64,000 nt of DNA from Winogradskyella sp. Lineage in GTDB: Bacteria; Bacteroidota; Bacteroidia; Flavobacteriales; Flavobacteriaceae. Shown here one piece after another: positions 31,762 through 41,463 of the stretch. Position numbers and translations under genes: made by a program. The stretch spans positions 15,164-79,163 of the forward strand of contig JAOEWO010000007.1 in NCBI GenBank assembly GCA_028383925.1, read 5' to 3'. The first letter of the stretch is position 1; each line of letters starts with the position of its first letter. The notes below the pieces were generated by a model. The model had not been told where the DNA came from. It did not search any database and saw nothing but the letters and a program-made list of their open reading frames with translations.

Positions 31762-32952
31762 ATGCCTACGATATCAAAAAAAGGAATTAACATGCCAGAG
31801 TCGCCAATTAGAAAATTGGTACCTTATGCAGAAGAAGCGCACAAACAAGGTAAAACAGTCTATTATTTAAACATAGGACAACCCGATATTAAAACACCTT
31901 CTGTAGCTTTAGACGCCGTTAAAGTACACTCCTTAGATATCTTAGCTTACTCACGTTCTGAAGGGTCTGAGAATTACCGAATAAAAATAGCAGAATATTA
32001 CAAACACAATGCTATAGATGTAACACACAACGATATTATTGTTACAACCGGAGGAAGTGAAGCCTTGTTATTTGCCTTTGGTAGTATTATGGATGAACAC
32101 GACGAAATCATAATACCCGAACCTTTCTATGCTAATTACAATGGTTTTTCTATAGCATCTGGTGTAAATGTAGTGCCAGTAATTTCTAAAATAGAAGACA
32201 ATTTTGCTTTACCACCAATTGAAGAATTTGAAAAATTAATAACACCAAAAACTAAAGCTATATTAATTTGCAATCCTGGCAATCCTACAGGTTATCTTTA
32301 CTCTAAAGAAGAAATTAAAAAACTTGCTGCAATAGTAAAAAAACACGATTTGTTTTTAATTGCTGATGAGGTTTATAGAGAATTTGTTTATGATGGTATT
32401 TCTCATTATTCAATTTTACAAGAAGAAGGACTAGAAGAACATGCCATTGTTATAGACTCTGTATCTAAACGTTACAGCATGTGCGGTGCACGTATAGGTT
32501 ACCTTGTGTCTAAAAACAAAGAGGTAATGAAGACAGCCTTAAAATTTGCACAAGCAAGACTTAGCCCACCTACGCTAGCGCAAATAGCAAGTGAAGCCGC
32601 TTTACAAACACCGCAAAGCTATTTTGATGATGTTATAGAGGAGTATGTAAAGCGAAGAGATATTCTTATTGAAGGCCTAGAAAAAATTGAAGGCATTAAA
32701 GTTGCCAAGCCTAATGGTGCATTTTATTGTATTGCAGAGTTACCTGTTAAAAACACAGATGATTTTGCAAAATGGCTTTTAGAATCTTTTGATTATAAGA
32801 ACAATACAATTATGGTAGCACCTGCTGCAGGTTTTTATTCCACACCAGGCGTAGGCTTAAACCAAATTAGAATAGCTTACGTTCTTAATGAGGATAGCTT
32901 AAGACTCTCTGTTAAAGTATTAGAAGAAGCTCTAAAAGTATATAAAGATTAG
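31762..32952 (+). CDS. PLP-dependent aminotransferase class I/II (aspartate aminotransferase-like)
   Basis: LNIGQPD, CNPGNPTG, ADEVY, SVSKRYSMCGARIG. Confidence 0.92.
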   Translation: MPTISKKGINMPESPIRKLVPYAEEAHKQGKTVYYLNIGQPDIKTPSVALDAVKVHSLDILAYSRSEGSENYRIKIAEYYKHNAIDVTHNDIIVTTGGSEALLFAFGSIMDEHDEIIIPEPFYANYNGFSIASGVNVVPVISKIEDNFALPPIEEFEKLITPKTKAILICNPGNPTGYLYSKEEIKKLAAIVKKHDLFLIADEVYREFVYDGISHYSILQEEGLEEHAIVIDSVSKRYSMCGARIGYLVSKNKEVMKTALKFAQARLSPPTLAQIASEAALQTPQSYFDDVIEEYVKRRDILIEGLEKIEGIKVAKPNGAFYCIAELPVKNTDDFAKWLLESFDYKNNTIMVAPAAGFYSTPGVGLNQIRIAYVLNEDSLRLSVKVLEEALKVYKD

Positions 32953-32958
32953 TATAGT

Positions 32959-33969
32959 ATGATAAAACACAATATTTCCTTAAAAGCCTTTAATACTTTT
33001 GGTATTGATGCAAATGCAGGTGCATATTGTGATGTTACGACATTAGAGGATTTAAAAACGGTTCTAAAAGAAAAACAAAACAGACCGTTTTTTGTATTAA
33101 GCGGAGGTAGTAATATGCTACTCACCAAAGATATAGATGCGCTAGTACTTCATATAAATCTTAAAGGTATAACTGTAGTAAAAGAAACTAAAAATAGCAT
33201 AATTATTAATGCAAAAGCCGGCGAAAACTGGCACGATTTTGTATTGTGGTGTATAAAATACAACTATGGTGGCGTAGAAAATTTGTCATTAATACCTGGC
33301 AATATAGGCACAGCACCAATTCAAAACATAGGTGCTTATGGTGTTGAGCTTAAAGATGTTTTTGAGAGTTGTGAAGCCATTCATATTAAAAACCAATCAC
33401 ATAAAACATTTATGTATGATGATTGTAAATTTGGCTATAGGGAATCTGTTTTTAAACAAGATCTTAAAGACCAGTATATTATTACAAGTGTCAACCTAAG
33501 ACTCACTAAAAACAACCATAAACTTCACTTAGATTACGGTGCCATTAAAACAGAACTTGCAACGTTAAACATAGAAAAACCAACCATTAAAGACATTTCT
33601 AAAGCGGTAATAGCCATAAGACAAAGTAAACTACCAGACCCAAAAGACATTGGTAATAGTGGTAGTTTTTTTAAAAACCCTGTAATCTCTGCACAACAAT
33701 TTAAAGACTTACTAAGTAATTTCCCAGAAGCACCATCGTATAAAATATCTGATACTGCAATTAAAGTACCTGCAGGTTGGCTTATAGAAAAAGCAGGTTT
33801 TAAAGGCAAACGTTTTAAAGATTATGGTGTACATAATAAACAAGCGCTAGTCTTAGTTAATTATGGCAATGCTCAAGGTAAAGACATTTTTGATTTGGCA
33901 AAACTGATTCAAAAAACAGTAAAACGAATTTTTAATATAACAATAGATACAGAAGTAAATATTATATAA
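32959..33969 (+). CDS. murB: UDP-N-acetylmuramate dehydrogenase
   Basis: GGSN, PIQNIGAYG, FGYRES, GNSGSFFKNP, QALVLVN. Confidence 0.97.
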   Translation: MIKHNISLKAFNTFGIDANAGAYCDVTTLEDLKTVLKEKQNRPFFVLSGGSNMLLTKDIDALVLHINLKGITVVKETKNSIIINAKAGENWHDFVLWCIKYNYGGVENLSLIPGNIGTAPIQNIGAYGVELKDVFESCEAIHIKNQSHKTFMYDDCKFGYRESVFKQDLKDQYIITSVNLRLTKNNHKLHLDYGAIKTELATLNIEKPTIKDISKAVIAIRQSKLPDPKDIGNSGSFFKNPVISAQQFKDLLSNFPEAPSYKISDTAIKVPAGWLIEKAGFKGKRFKDYGVHNKQALVLVNYGNAQGKDIFDLAKLIQKTVKRIFNITIDTEVNII

Positions 33970-33972
33970 AAC

Positions 33973-34000
33973 AAAAGTCATAATTAATATTATGACTTTT
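33973..34000 (+). terminator. Probable terminator after murB
   Basis: AAAAGTCATAAT-taat-ATTATGACTTTT. Confidence 0.7.
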
Positions 34001-34163
34001 GCATCTAGAATAATTTTAAAAGCTATTAATCAGTACCCGTAAAGATGTTGAATAAAAATTATTCTATTATATGTTAACCAACGCGTTTGTTGTATTTGTT
34101 ATATTTACGTTTCAAAACAGAATTTAGACGTTATAAGAATCAGAAAAACAACACTTTAACATT

Positions 34164-34697
34164 TTGAGTATAACACCCACAGAACAAAAGATTATTAATT
34201 TCCTCGAAAAAGAGGATAAGCGAGCACTAAATTTATTGTATGAAAACTACTCTAATAGTCTTTATGGTGTTATATTGAAAATAACAATAAACGAAGAAAT
34301 AGCTCAAGATGCCTTACAAGAAACCTTTATTAAGGTTTGGAAAAACGCCTCTAAATACGATGCCAGCAAAGCAAAACTATTTACATGGTTGTTTAGAATT
34401 GCAAGAAATACAGCTATAGACAAATTACGCAGTTTTAATAACAGATACCACAAAGAAGTCCAAATCGATAATTCAAACGTATATATCTTACCAACGAGTA
34501 ATTTAAACCAAGACGTTTTCGATATTAAAGAGCATGTTGGGAGACTAGAAAAGAAGTATCAAATAGTGTTAGACGCTTTGTTTTTTCAAGGCATGACGCA
34601 ACAAGAAGCTAGCGATGAATTAGACATCCCATTAGGTACAATAAAATCTAGATTAAAAATAGGATTGAGAGAACTTAAGAAAGTTTACAATCCATAA
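34164..34697 (+). CDS. ECF RNA polymerase sigma factor (SigK-like)
   Basis: AQDALQETFIKVW, FTWLFRIARNTAID, IPLGTIKSRLK; TTG start. Confidence 0.92.
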   Translation: MSITPTEQKIINFLEKEDKRALNLLYENYSNSLYGVILKITINEEIAQDALQETFIKVWKNASKYDASKAKLFTWLFRIARNTAIDKLRSFNNRYHKEVQIDNSNVYILPTSNLNQDVFDIKEHVGRLEKKYQIVLDALFFQGMTQQEASDELDIPLGTIKSRLKIGLRELKKVYNP

Positions 34698-34708
34698 ATT
34701 TTATTACG

Positions 34709-35500
34709 ATGGAAAAAAAATTACATAACTTTTTAAATTCTAACCTACTCAACCAATATTTAGTAGGTGAAACTGATGCTATAGAAACAGCTGAAGTAGA
34801 ATTTTTTATTGCCAAATACCCAGAGGCGGAAGAAGCTTATAAAAAACTACAAAATAACTTAGAAATTATTGCTAATGTAGGTGCTAAAGATGCACCTCTA
34901 GATCTTTTAGATGATATCTTTAAATCTCTAGAAAAGACACAAACACCTAAAGTTATACCACTTACTCAAAGCAGAAGAGCTGCTTGGTTTAGCATTGCCG
35001 CTAGCGCAGCAGCCGTACTATTTGCTGTAAGTTCATTTATGCTCTACCAAGAAAACCAACAGCTAAATAGTGAAAACATAATTGTAGATGCTGAAATTCT
35101 TGATTTAAGAAACGACATTAACAAAAATAACTCTAAACTAGATGAACTTTCTAAAGAGTTAATGAAATTAAATAACCCTGATGCCAGAAAATATATTATT
35201 ACAGGTAACGATCGCGCTAAAGATCTTAAGACTGTAGCTTATATTAATTCGGTAGAAAAAACATCAATGATAGATGTTATTACACTGCCAAAATTACCGG
35301 AAGAACAGCACTACCAAATTTGGGCAGAACTAGAAGACAGAATGGTTAACTTAGGTATATTAGATGAGTCTGATCGTAAGCTAAAACAAATTCCGTACAT
35401 GGAAGATGCATTAGCACTTAGTATTAAGATTAGCAAAAAAGGTGATAACACCAATGAAAATGACACCGAAGTAGCAGAAATCTCATTAAAACAGAAATAA
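34709..35500 (+). CDS. Anti-sigma factor, RskA-like
   Basis: Single TM (IAASAAAVLFAV), coiled coil, LPKLPEEQHYQIWA; directly downstream of the ECF sigma. Confidence 0.82.
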   Translation: MEKKLHNFLNSNLLNQYLVGETDAIETAEVEFFIAKYPEAEEAYKKLQNNLEIIANVGAKDAPLDLLDDIFKSLEKTQTPKVIPLTQSRRAAWFSIAASAAAVLFAVSSFMLYQENQQLNSENIIVDAEILDLRNDINKNNSKLDELSKELMKLNNPDARKYIITGNDRAKDLKTVAYINSVEKTSMIDVITLPKLPEEQHYQIWAELEDRMVNLGILDESDRKLKQIPYMEDALALSIKISKKGDNTNENDTEVAEISLKQK

Positions 35501-35520
35501 ACGAGTATTTAACAAACTAC

Positions 35521-35551
35521 AAAGAGGCGCATGTAAAAATGCGCCTCTTTT
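35521..35551. terminator. Bidirectional terminator
   Basis: AAAGAGGCGCAT / ATGCGCCTCTTT between convergent genes. Confidence 0.85.
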
Positions 35552-35575
35552 GTGTATACTAGTTTTTTTTTTGAA

Positions 35576-36262
35576 TTACTCTTTTTCAAAAAATGTTTTA
35601 TGAATAATACCACCAATAATAGCACCAGCAATGGGAGCAACCCAAAACAACCAAACCTGAGATAAATAAGCTCCATCTGCAAATAAAGCCTGACTTAAAG
35701 ATCTTGCCGGATTTACCGATGTATTGGTAATAGGAATACTTATTAAGTGAATTAACGTTAACGCTAAACCTATTGCTATTGGTGCAAAGCCTTTTGGCGC
35801 TCTAACATTTGTACTCCCTAAAATTACTATTAAAAAAAACGCTGTTAAAACAACCTCAGCAATTAAAGCAGATAGCATACTATAACCATCTGGTGACAAA
35901 TATCCATAGCCATTAGCGGCAAAACCGTTGAGCGATATAAAGTCAGTTTTACCACTCATTATTGCCCATAAGGCTAATGCAGCAACAATTGCACCCAACA
36001 CTTGGGCAATAATATAACCTATTAAGTTTTTAGCCTCAAACTTACCACCAGCCCATAGACCAATAGAAACTGCCGGATTAAAATGCCCTCCAGAAATATG
36101 CCCAACAGCATAAGCCATTGTTAATACTGTAAGACCAAAAGCAAGTGAGACACCTACAAACCCAATTCCTAATTCTGGAAAACCAGCGGCAAAAACAGCA
36201 CTACCGCAACCACCGAAAACAAGCCAAAATGTTCCAAAAAATTCTGCAAATAACTTCTTCAT
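35576..36262 (-). CDS. aqpZ: Aquaporin Z
   Basis: [36 protein letters not shown]. Confidence 0.96.
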   Translation of the reverse strand: MKKLFAEFFGTFWLVFGGCGSAVFAAGFPELGIGFVGVSLAFGLTVLTMAYAVGHISGGHFNPAVSIGLWAGGKFEAKNLIGYIIAQVLGAIVAALALWAIMSGKTDFISLNGFAANGYGYLSPDGYSMLSALIAEVVLTAFFLIVILGSTNVRAPKGFAPIAIGLALTLIHLISIPITNTSVNPARSLSQALFADGAYLSQVWLFWVAPIAGAIIGGIIHKTFFEKE

Positions 36263-36393
36263 AATTGATAATTAATTAGTTAGTAATAAATATTTTATAC
36301 AAATAAGACACAACAAATATTCATTAAGTCACAATAGAAAGAGGAGCAAAAAACAAAGTAAAAGCCTTATCTTTGTATTAAATTTAATAAATA

Positions 36394-36597
36394 ATGAAAC
36401 TATTACTACTTACATTAGGTTTATTATCACTTGCTGTAGCAGGCATAGCTATTAAAATTTGGGCTAAAAAGGATGGTAAATTTGCTGGTACTTGTGCTAG
36501 CCAAAACCCAATGTTAAATACAGAGGGTGAAGCTTGTGGCTTTTGTGGTAAGTCTGCAGACGAATACAAAGACTGTAAAGAACCGCAACATTCATAA
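36394..36597 (+). CDS. Small membrane-anchored Cys-containing protein
   Basis: N-terminal TM, FAGTCASQNP, ACGFCG; TATCTTTG -7 element at 36368-36375. Confidence 0.75.
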   Translation: MKLLLLTLGLLSLAVAGIAIKIWAKKDGKFAGTCASQNPMLNTEGEACGFCGKSADEYKDCKEPQHS

Positions 36598-36603
36598 AAA
36601 TTA

Positions 36604-37716
36604 ATGACGTTTCTTACCGGGTTACTTTATCTTTTTATAGTTATTGTTTTTATACAAGTAAGTTACTACTTAAGTTTCCTATTTGCATTTGGTGTAAAAA
36701 GAGAAGAGCCTACAGCATCTCGTAATATTCCACTTTCTTTAATTATTTGCGCAAAAAATGAAGCCGAAAATTTAAAAAAAAACCTGCCTTTATTTTTAAA
36801 TCAAAATCATCCAGAATTCGAACTTGTTTTAGTAAATGATAGCTCAACAGATGATACACTAGAGGTTATGACATCTTTTGCACTAGCACATAACTCAATT
36901 AAAATTGTTGATGTAAAAAGTATTGAAGCTTTTTGGGGCAATAAAAAATACGCTCTCACTTTGGGTATAAAATCTTCTAAATACGATTTTTTAGTCTTTA
37001 CAGACGCAGATTGCCAACCCAACTCTACAAACTGGCTTAAAGAAATAAGCAGTAACTTTTCTAATGAAAAAGCTATTGTATTGGGTTATGGCGCTTACAA
37101 GAAAAAAAAATATTCTATATTAAATAAACTCATTCGCTTTGAAACTGTAATGACAGCATTACAATACATTTCTTATGCTAAATTAGGATTGCCTTATATG
37201 GGTGTTGGCAGAAATATGGCTTACAGAAAAACCTTGTTTTTTAATAATTCTGGTTTTAATAGCCATATGAAACTAAACTCTGGTGATGACGATTTGTTTA
37301 TAAATGAAGTTGCTCATAAAAATAACACTGCAATTTGTATTACAAAAAACAGCTTTACATTATCTGAGCCTAAAACGTCTATAAAAGACTGGATTATTCA
37401 AAAAAGAAGACATATTAGTACAGCAAAATTATATAAACCAAAACATCAAATATTGCTAGGTCTATTTTATAGCTCTCAACTTTTATTTTGGTTTTTAGCT
37501 ATCGTTTTATTGGCTAATGGTTATCAATGGCCCTTGGTCTCAATACTTGTTGGTTTTCGTTTTTTGATTCAACTTATAACTTTTGGTAGTGCTTCAAAAA
37601 AATTAAATGAAGTTGACCTGATATTTTTAGCACCTCTACTCGAATTATTTTTAATTAGCACACAATTAATTATCTTTAGTGCTAACCTAATATCTAAACC
37701 TAAGCATTGGAAATAA
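36604..37716 (+). CDS. Membrane glycosyltransferase family 2
   Basis: IICAKNE, VNDSSTD, FTDADC, SGDDD, QKRRH, flanking TM helices. Confidence 0.9.
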   Translation: MTFLTGLLYLFIVIVFIQVSYYLSFLFAFGVKREEPTASRNIPLSLIICAKNEAENLKKNLPLFLNQNHPEFELVLVNDSSTDDTLEVMTSFALAHNSIKIVDVKSIEAFWGNKKYALTLGIKSSKYDFLVFTDADCQPNSTNWLKEISSNFSNEKAIVLGYGAYKKKKYSILNKLIRFETVMTALQYISYAKLGLPYMGVGRNMAYRKTLFFNNSGFNSHMKLNSGDDDLFINEVAHKNNTAICITKNSFTLSEPKTSIKDWIIQKRRHISTAKLYKPKHQILLGLFYSSQLLFWFLAIVLLANGYQWPLVSILVGFRFLIQLITFGSASKKLNEVDLIFLAPLLELFLISTQLIIFSANLISKPKHWK

Positions 37717-38267
37717 AAGACGCCATAAAAAAAGCCAAACAGAATGACCAAATTGCGTTTAATTTTCTCCTAGACAACTATTGGAATGACGTTTACGCAT
37801 TTCAGCTTAAGCGCACACAAAATGAAAATGATGCAGAAGACGTAACTATACAAGCTTTTTCTAAAGCTTTTGATAAGATTAATACGTATGACGATAAATA
37901 CAACTTCAAAACATGGTTAATCACCATTTCAAAAAATATTCATATAGATTTAGTTAGAAAACAACAAAAAACTATTAAGAATACCTCTAAAGATAATGAT
38001 GACAACTACTTTCAGATTATAGATGACTCACCTACACCTGAGGATAAAATAATTACAGAACAGAATTTAGCCAAATTATTAAAAGATATAAAAAAGCTAA
38101 AACCACACTACCAAGCCGTTATTAACTTAAGATATTTTCAAGAATTAAGCTATAAAGAAATTTCTACTGCACTTAAAGAACCTATAAATAACGTTAAAGT
38201 AAAATTACTAAGAGCAAAAAAATTATTGGCAGAGATAATTACTAAGAGTGATGCTTACAACCCTTAA
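37707..38267 (+). CDS. ECF RNA polymerase sigma factor
   Basis: DAEDVTIQAFSKAF, FKTWLITISKN, LSYKEIS, VKVKLLRAKK; TTG start overlapping the GT2 end. Confidence 0.9.
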   Translation: MEIKDAIKKAKQNDQIAFNFLLDNYWNDVYAFQLKRTQNENDAEDVTIQAFSKAFDKINTYDDKYNFKTWLITISKNIHIDLVRKQQKTIKNTSKDNDDNYFQIIDDSPTPEDKIITEQNLAKLLKDIKKLKPHYQAVINLRYFQELSYKEISTALKEPINNVKVKLLRAKKLLAEIITKSDAYNP

Positions 38268-39495
38268 AAAACTAGGTCCTGGTCTCTTATTTGCTGGAGC
38301 AGCAATAGGGGTCTCTCATTTGGTACAATCTACAAGAGCTGGTGCAGATTTTGGCATGGGTTTACTTTGGGCTTTATTATTAGTTAATTTATTTAAATAT
38401 CCATTTTTTCAGTTTGGCCCTAGGTATGCTTCTGCAACTGGCGAGAGTTTAATAGAAGGCTACAGAAAGTTAGGTAAGGGTGTTTTGGCTACTTATTTTG
38501 TTTTAAGCTTGGGCACTATGTTTACAATTCAAACAGCAGTAACTATAGTTACTGCTGGCTTAGCTAACTCTTTGTTTGGTGACATTGGGCCTTTAGTAAT
38601 CGCTGGGATTTCTATTTCTAGTTTACAGTTATGGACGTTAATAATTCTTTCAGTTTGTTTAATAATTCTCTTTGTAGGTAAATACAATATTTTAGACAAA
38701 CTCATCAAAGTCATTATAATTACGCTAACTATTAGCACACTAGTTGCTGTAGTATGCGCTTATACAGGTTTTAACCAACCCTTATCATTTGTTCAAAAAT
38801 TACCCAAAAACGCAACAGAAATAGCTTTTTTAATTGCTTTTATGGGGTGGATGCCTGCCCCATTAGATATCTCTGTGTGGCATTCTATCTGGACTATAGA
38901 AAAGAAAAAAATACAAACTACATTATCACCAAAAGAAGCCTTGCTCGATTTTAATATTGGTTATGTTAGCACCATTATTTTAGGAATTGCATTTTTATGT
39001 CTTGGTTATTTTGTTATGCATTTATCTGGTGAAACATTTAGCAATAAAGCCGCTGTGTTTTCTAACCAGCTTATAGATTTATACACAAAAAGCTTAGGTA
39101 ATTGGGCTTACATTTTTATTGGCATTGCTGCATTTACAACAATGTTTAGCACCACAATTACAACGTTAGACGCCTCACCAAGAGCCCTCTCTAAAAGTTT
39201 AGATACGCTTGCCAACAGAACAACGAGAAACGGATATCGTAATTGGATATTTATTTTAACATTTGGCACACTTATAATTTTCTTTTTCTTTGCTTCAGAA
39301 ATGGGTTTACTTATTAAGATAGCAACTATTCTTTCTTTTATAACTGCACCTTTTTATGCCATTGTAAACTATAAACTTATTAGCAGTAAGCATACACCTG
39401 CTGCTTGGCGACCAAGTTTAAAATTACATATACTTTCGTTTTTGGGTATATTTTTCTTAATTGGATTTAGCCTTTGGTACCTTAACACTCTTTAG
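38251..39495 (+). CDS. NRAMP-superfamily divalent metal transporter-like membrane protein
   Basis: [48 protein letters not shown]; many TM helices. Confidence 0.8.
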   Translation: MLTTLKKLGPGLLFAGAAIGVSHLVQSTRAGADFGMGLLWALLLVNLFKYPFFQFGPRYASATGESLIEGYRKLGKGVLATYFVLSLGTMFTIQTAVTIVTAGLANSLFGDIGPLVIAGISISSLQLWTLIILSVCLIILFVGKYNILDKLIKVIIITLTISTLVAVVCAYTGFNQPLSFVQKLPKNATEIAFLIAFMGWMPAPLDISVWHSIWTIEKKKIQTTLSPKEALLDFNIGYVSTIILGIAFLCLGYFVMHLSGETFSNKAAVFSNQLIDLYTKSLGNWAYIFIGIAAFTTMFSTTITTLDASPRALSKSLDTLANRTTRNGYRNWIFILTFGTLIIFFFFASEMGLLIKIATILSFITAPFYAIVNYKLISSKHTPAAWRPSLKLHILSFLGIFFLIGFSLWYLNTL

Positions 39496-39545
39496 CACAT
39501 TTTAATGATTTACTTTGTATCTTTGTAATCTTGAAAATAAGATAT

Positions 39546-40418
39546 ATGGAAACGCAAGTAGCATCAAATATTTTACCAGAAAGAAAACCCAAATGGCTAA
39601 GGGTAAAATTACCTACTGGAAAAAAATACACTGAACTTAGAAGTTTAGTAGATAAATACAAACTAAATACAATTTGTACCTCAGGTAGCTGCCCAAACAT
39701 GGGAGAATGTTGGGGCGAAGGCACTGCCACATTCATGATTTTGGGTAATGTTTGCACAAGATCTTGTGGCTTCTGTGGTGTAAAAACCGGAAGACCAGAA
39801 ACCGTAGATTGGGATGAGCCCGAAAAAGTAGCACGCTCTATAAAACTTATGCAAATAAAACACGCTGTTTTAACAAGCGTAGATAGAGATGACTTAAAAG
39901 ATATGGGCAGTATTATGTGGACAGAAACAGTAAATGCTGTAAGACGTATGAATCCTGAAACCACACTTGAAACACTTATTCCAGATTTTCAGGGTATAGA
40001 AAAACATATTGATAGAATTGTTGCTGTTGCACCAGAAGTTGTATCGCATAATATAGAAACGGTAAGACGTTTAACACGCGAGGTTAGAATACAAGCCAAA
40101 TACGACCGCAGTATGGATGTACTTAAATACTTAAAGCAACAAGGGCAACGCAGAACAAAATCTGGCATTATGTTAGGCTTAGGAGAAACTAAAGAAGAAG
40201 TTATTGAGACGCTGCACGATCTTAGAGAAAATGATGTTGATGTAGTTACCATTGGTCAATACTTACAACCAAGTAAAAAACACTTGCCCGTAAAACGTTT
40301 TGTAACACCAGATGAGTTTAAAGAATTTGAAGACGTCGGTTTAGCACTTGGGTTTAGACATGTAGAAAGTAGTGCATTAGTAAGATCTTCTTACAAAGCA
40401 CAAAAACATATTAATTAA
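39546..40418 (+). CDS. lipA: Lipoyl synthase
   Basis: [31 protein letters not shown]; TATCTTTG at 39518-39525 supports ATG 39546. Confidence 0.97.
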   Translation: METQVASNILPERKPKWLRVKLPTGKKYTELRSLVDKYKLNTICTSGSCPNMGECWGEGTATFMILGNVCTRSCGFCGVKTGRPETVDWDEPEKVARSIKLMQIKHAVLTSVDRDDLKDMGSIMWTETVNAVRRMNPETTLETLIPDFQGIEKHIDRIVAVAPEVVSHNIETVRRLTREVRIQAKYDRSMDVLKYLKQQGQRRTKSGIMLGLGETKEEVIETLHDLRENDVDVVTIGQYLQPSKKHLPVKRFVTPDEFKEFEDVGLALGFRHVESSALVRSSYKAQKHIN

Positions 40419-41434
40419 TGATTACTTTAGCCATTAATGGTTTTGGCAGAATTGGTAGACGTGTATTTAGGCTAGCGCTAAATAATCCACAAATTAAAAT
40501 TGTGGCAATTAATGATTTGGCAGATAGCAAAACATTAAGTCATTTATTAAAATATGATAGTATACATGGTGTTTTAAAATCTGCAATTAGTTGTGATGAA
40601 AATCACATCATAATTAATGATACTGCTATACCTTTATATAATAAAAAACATCCAAAACTTATAAACTGGTCTAATGTTCAACCAGATTACGTTATAGAAT
40701 CTACAGGAAAATTTAAAACCAAACCAGAGCTACAACACCATATAAATAATGGTGCTAAAAGAGTTATACTATCAGTTCCGGCAATAGAAGATGACATTAA
40801 AACAATAGTACTTGGTGTAAATGAATCTATAATTGACGGTTCTGAGACTATACTCTCTAACGCCTCTTGTACAACAAATAATGCGGCACCAATGATTTCT
40901 TTAATAAAAGCACATTTTGGTATTAAGCAAGCTTATATTACAACAGTACATTCTTATACAACCGATCAAAGTTTACACGACCAACCACACAGAGATTTAA
41001 GACGCGCAAGAGCTGCTGGCCAATCTATAGTACCAACAACCACTGGCGCAGCAAAAGCATTGACTAAAATTTTCCCAGATTTGTCTAATGTTATTGGCGG
41101 CTGTGGCATAAGAGTGCCTGTGGCAAACGGTTCTTTAACAGATATAACTATTAATGTAGAAAAGCCTACAACAATTAAAGCTATTAACTTAATCTTTAAA
41201 AATGCAGCTAAAAATCAATTAAAAGGCATTTTAGAGTATACAGAAGATCCCATTGTATCTATAGATATAGTAGGCAACACACATTCTTGCATTATAGATG
41301 CTCAAATGACATCTGTAATAGGCAATATGGTAAAAATAGTAGGTTGGTACGATAATGAAACAGGCTATAGTTCACGAATTTTAGACTTAATTTGCTATTT
41401 ATCGGATAAAAGTGCACTTTTGTCGAATAAATAA
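40418..41434 (+). CDS. gap: Type I glyceraldehyde-3-phosphate dehydrogenase family protein
   Basis: AINGFGRIGR, SNASCTTN, PTTTGAAKA, WYDNE; TAATG overlap with lipA. Confidence 0.9.
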   Translation: MITLAINGFGRIGRRVFRLALNNPQIKIVAINDLADSKTLSHLLKYDSIHGVLKSAISCDENHIIINDTAIPLYNKKHPKLINWSNVQPDYVIESTGKFKTKPELQHHINNGAKRVILSVPAIEDDIKTIVLGVNESIIDGSETILSNASCTTNNAAPMISLIKAHFGIKQAYITTVHSYTTDQSLHDQPHRDLRRARAAGQSIVPTTTGAAKALTKIFPDLSNVIGGCGIRVPVANGSLTDITINVEKPTTIKAINLIFKNAAKNQLKGILEYTEDPIVSIDIVGNTHSCIIDAQMTSVIGNMVKIVGWYDNETGYSSRILDLICYLSDKSALLSNK

Positions 41435-41463
41435 TTATATTTGTTCCTAATAAATGAGCAGAA

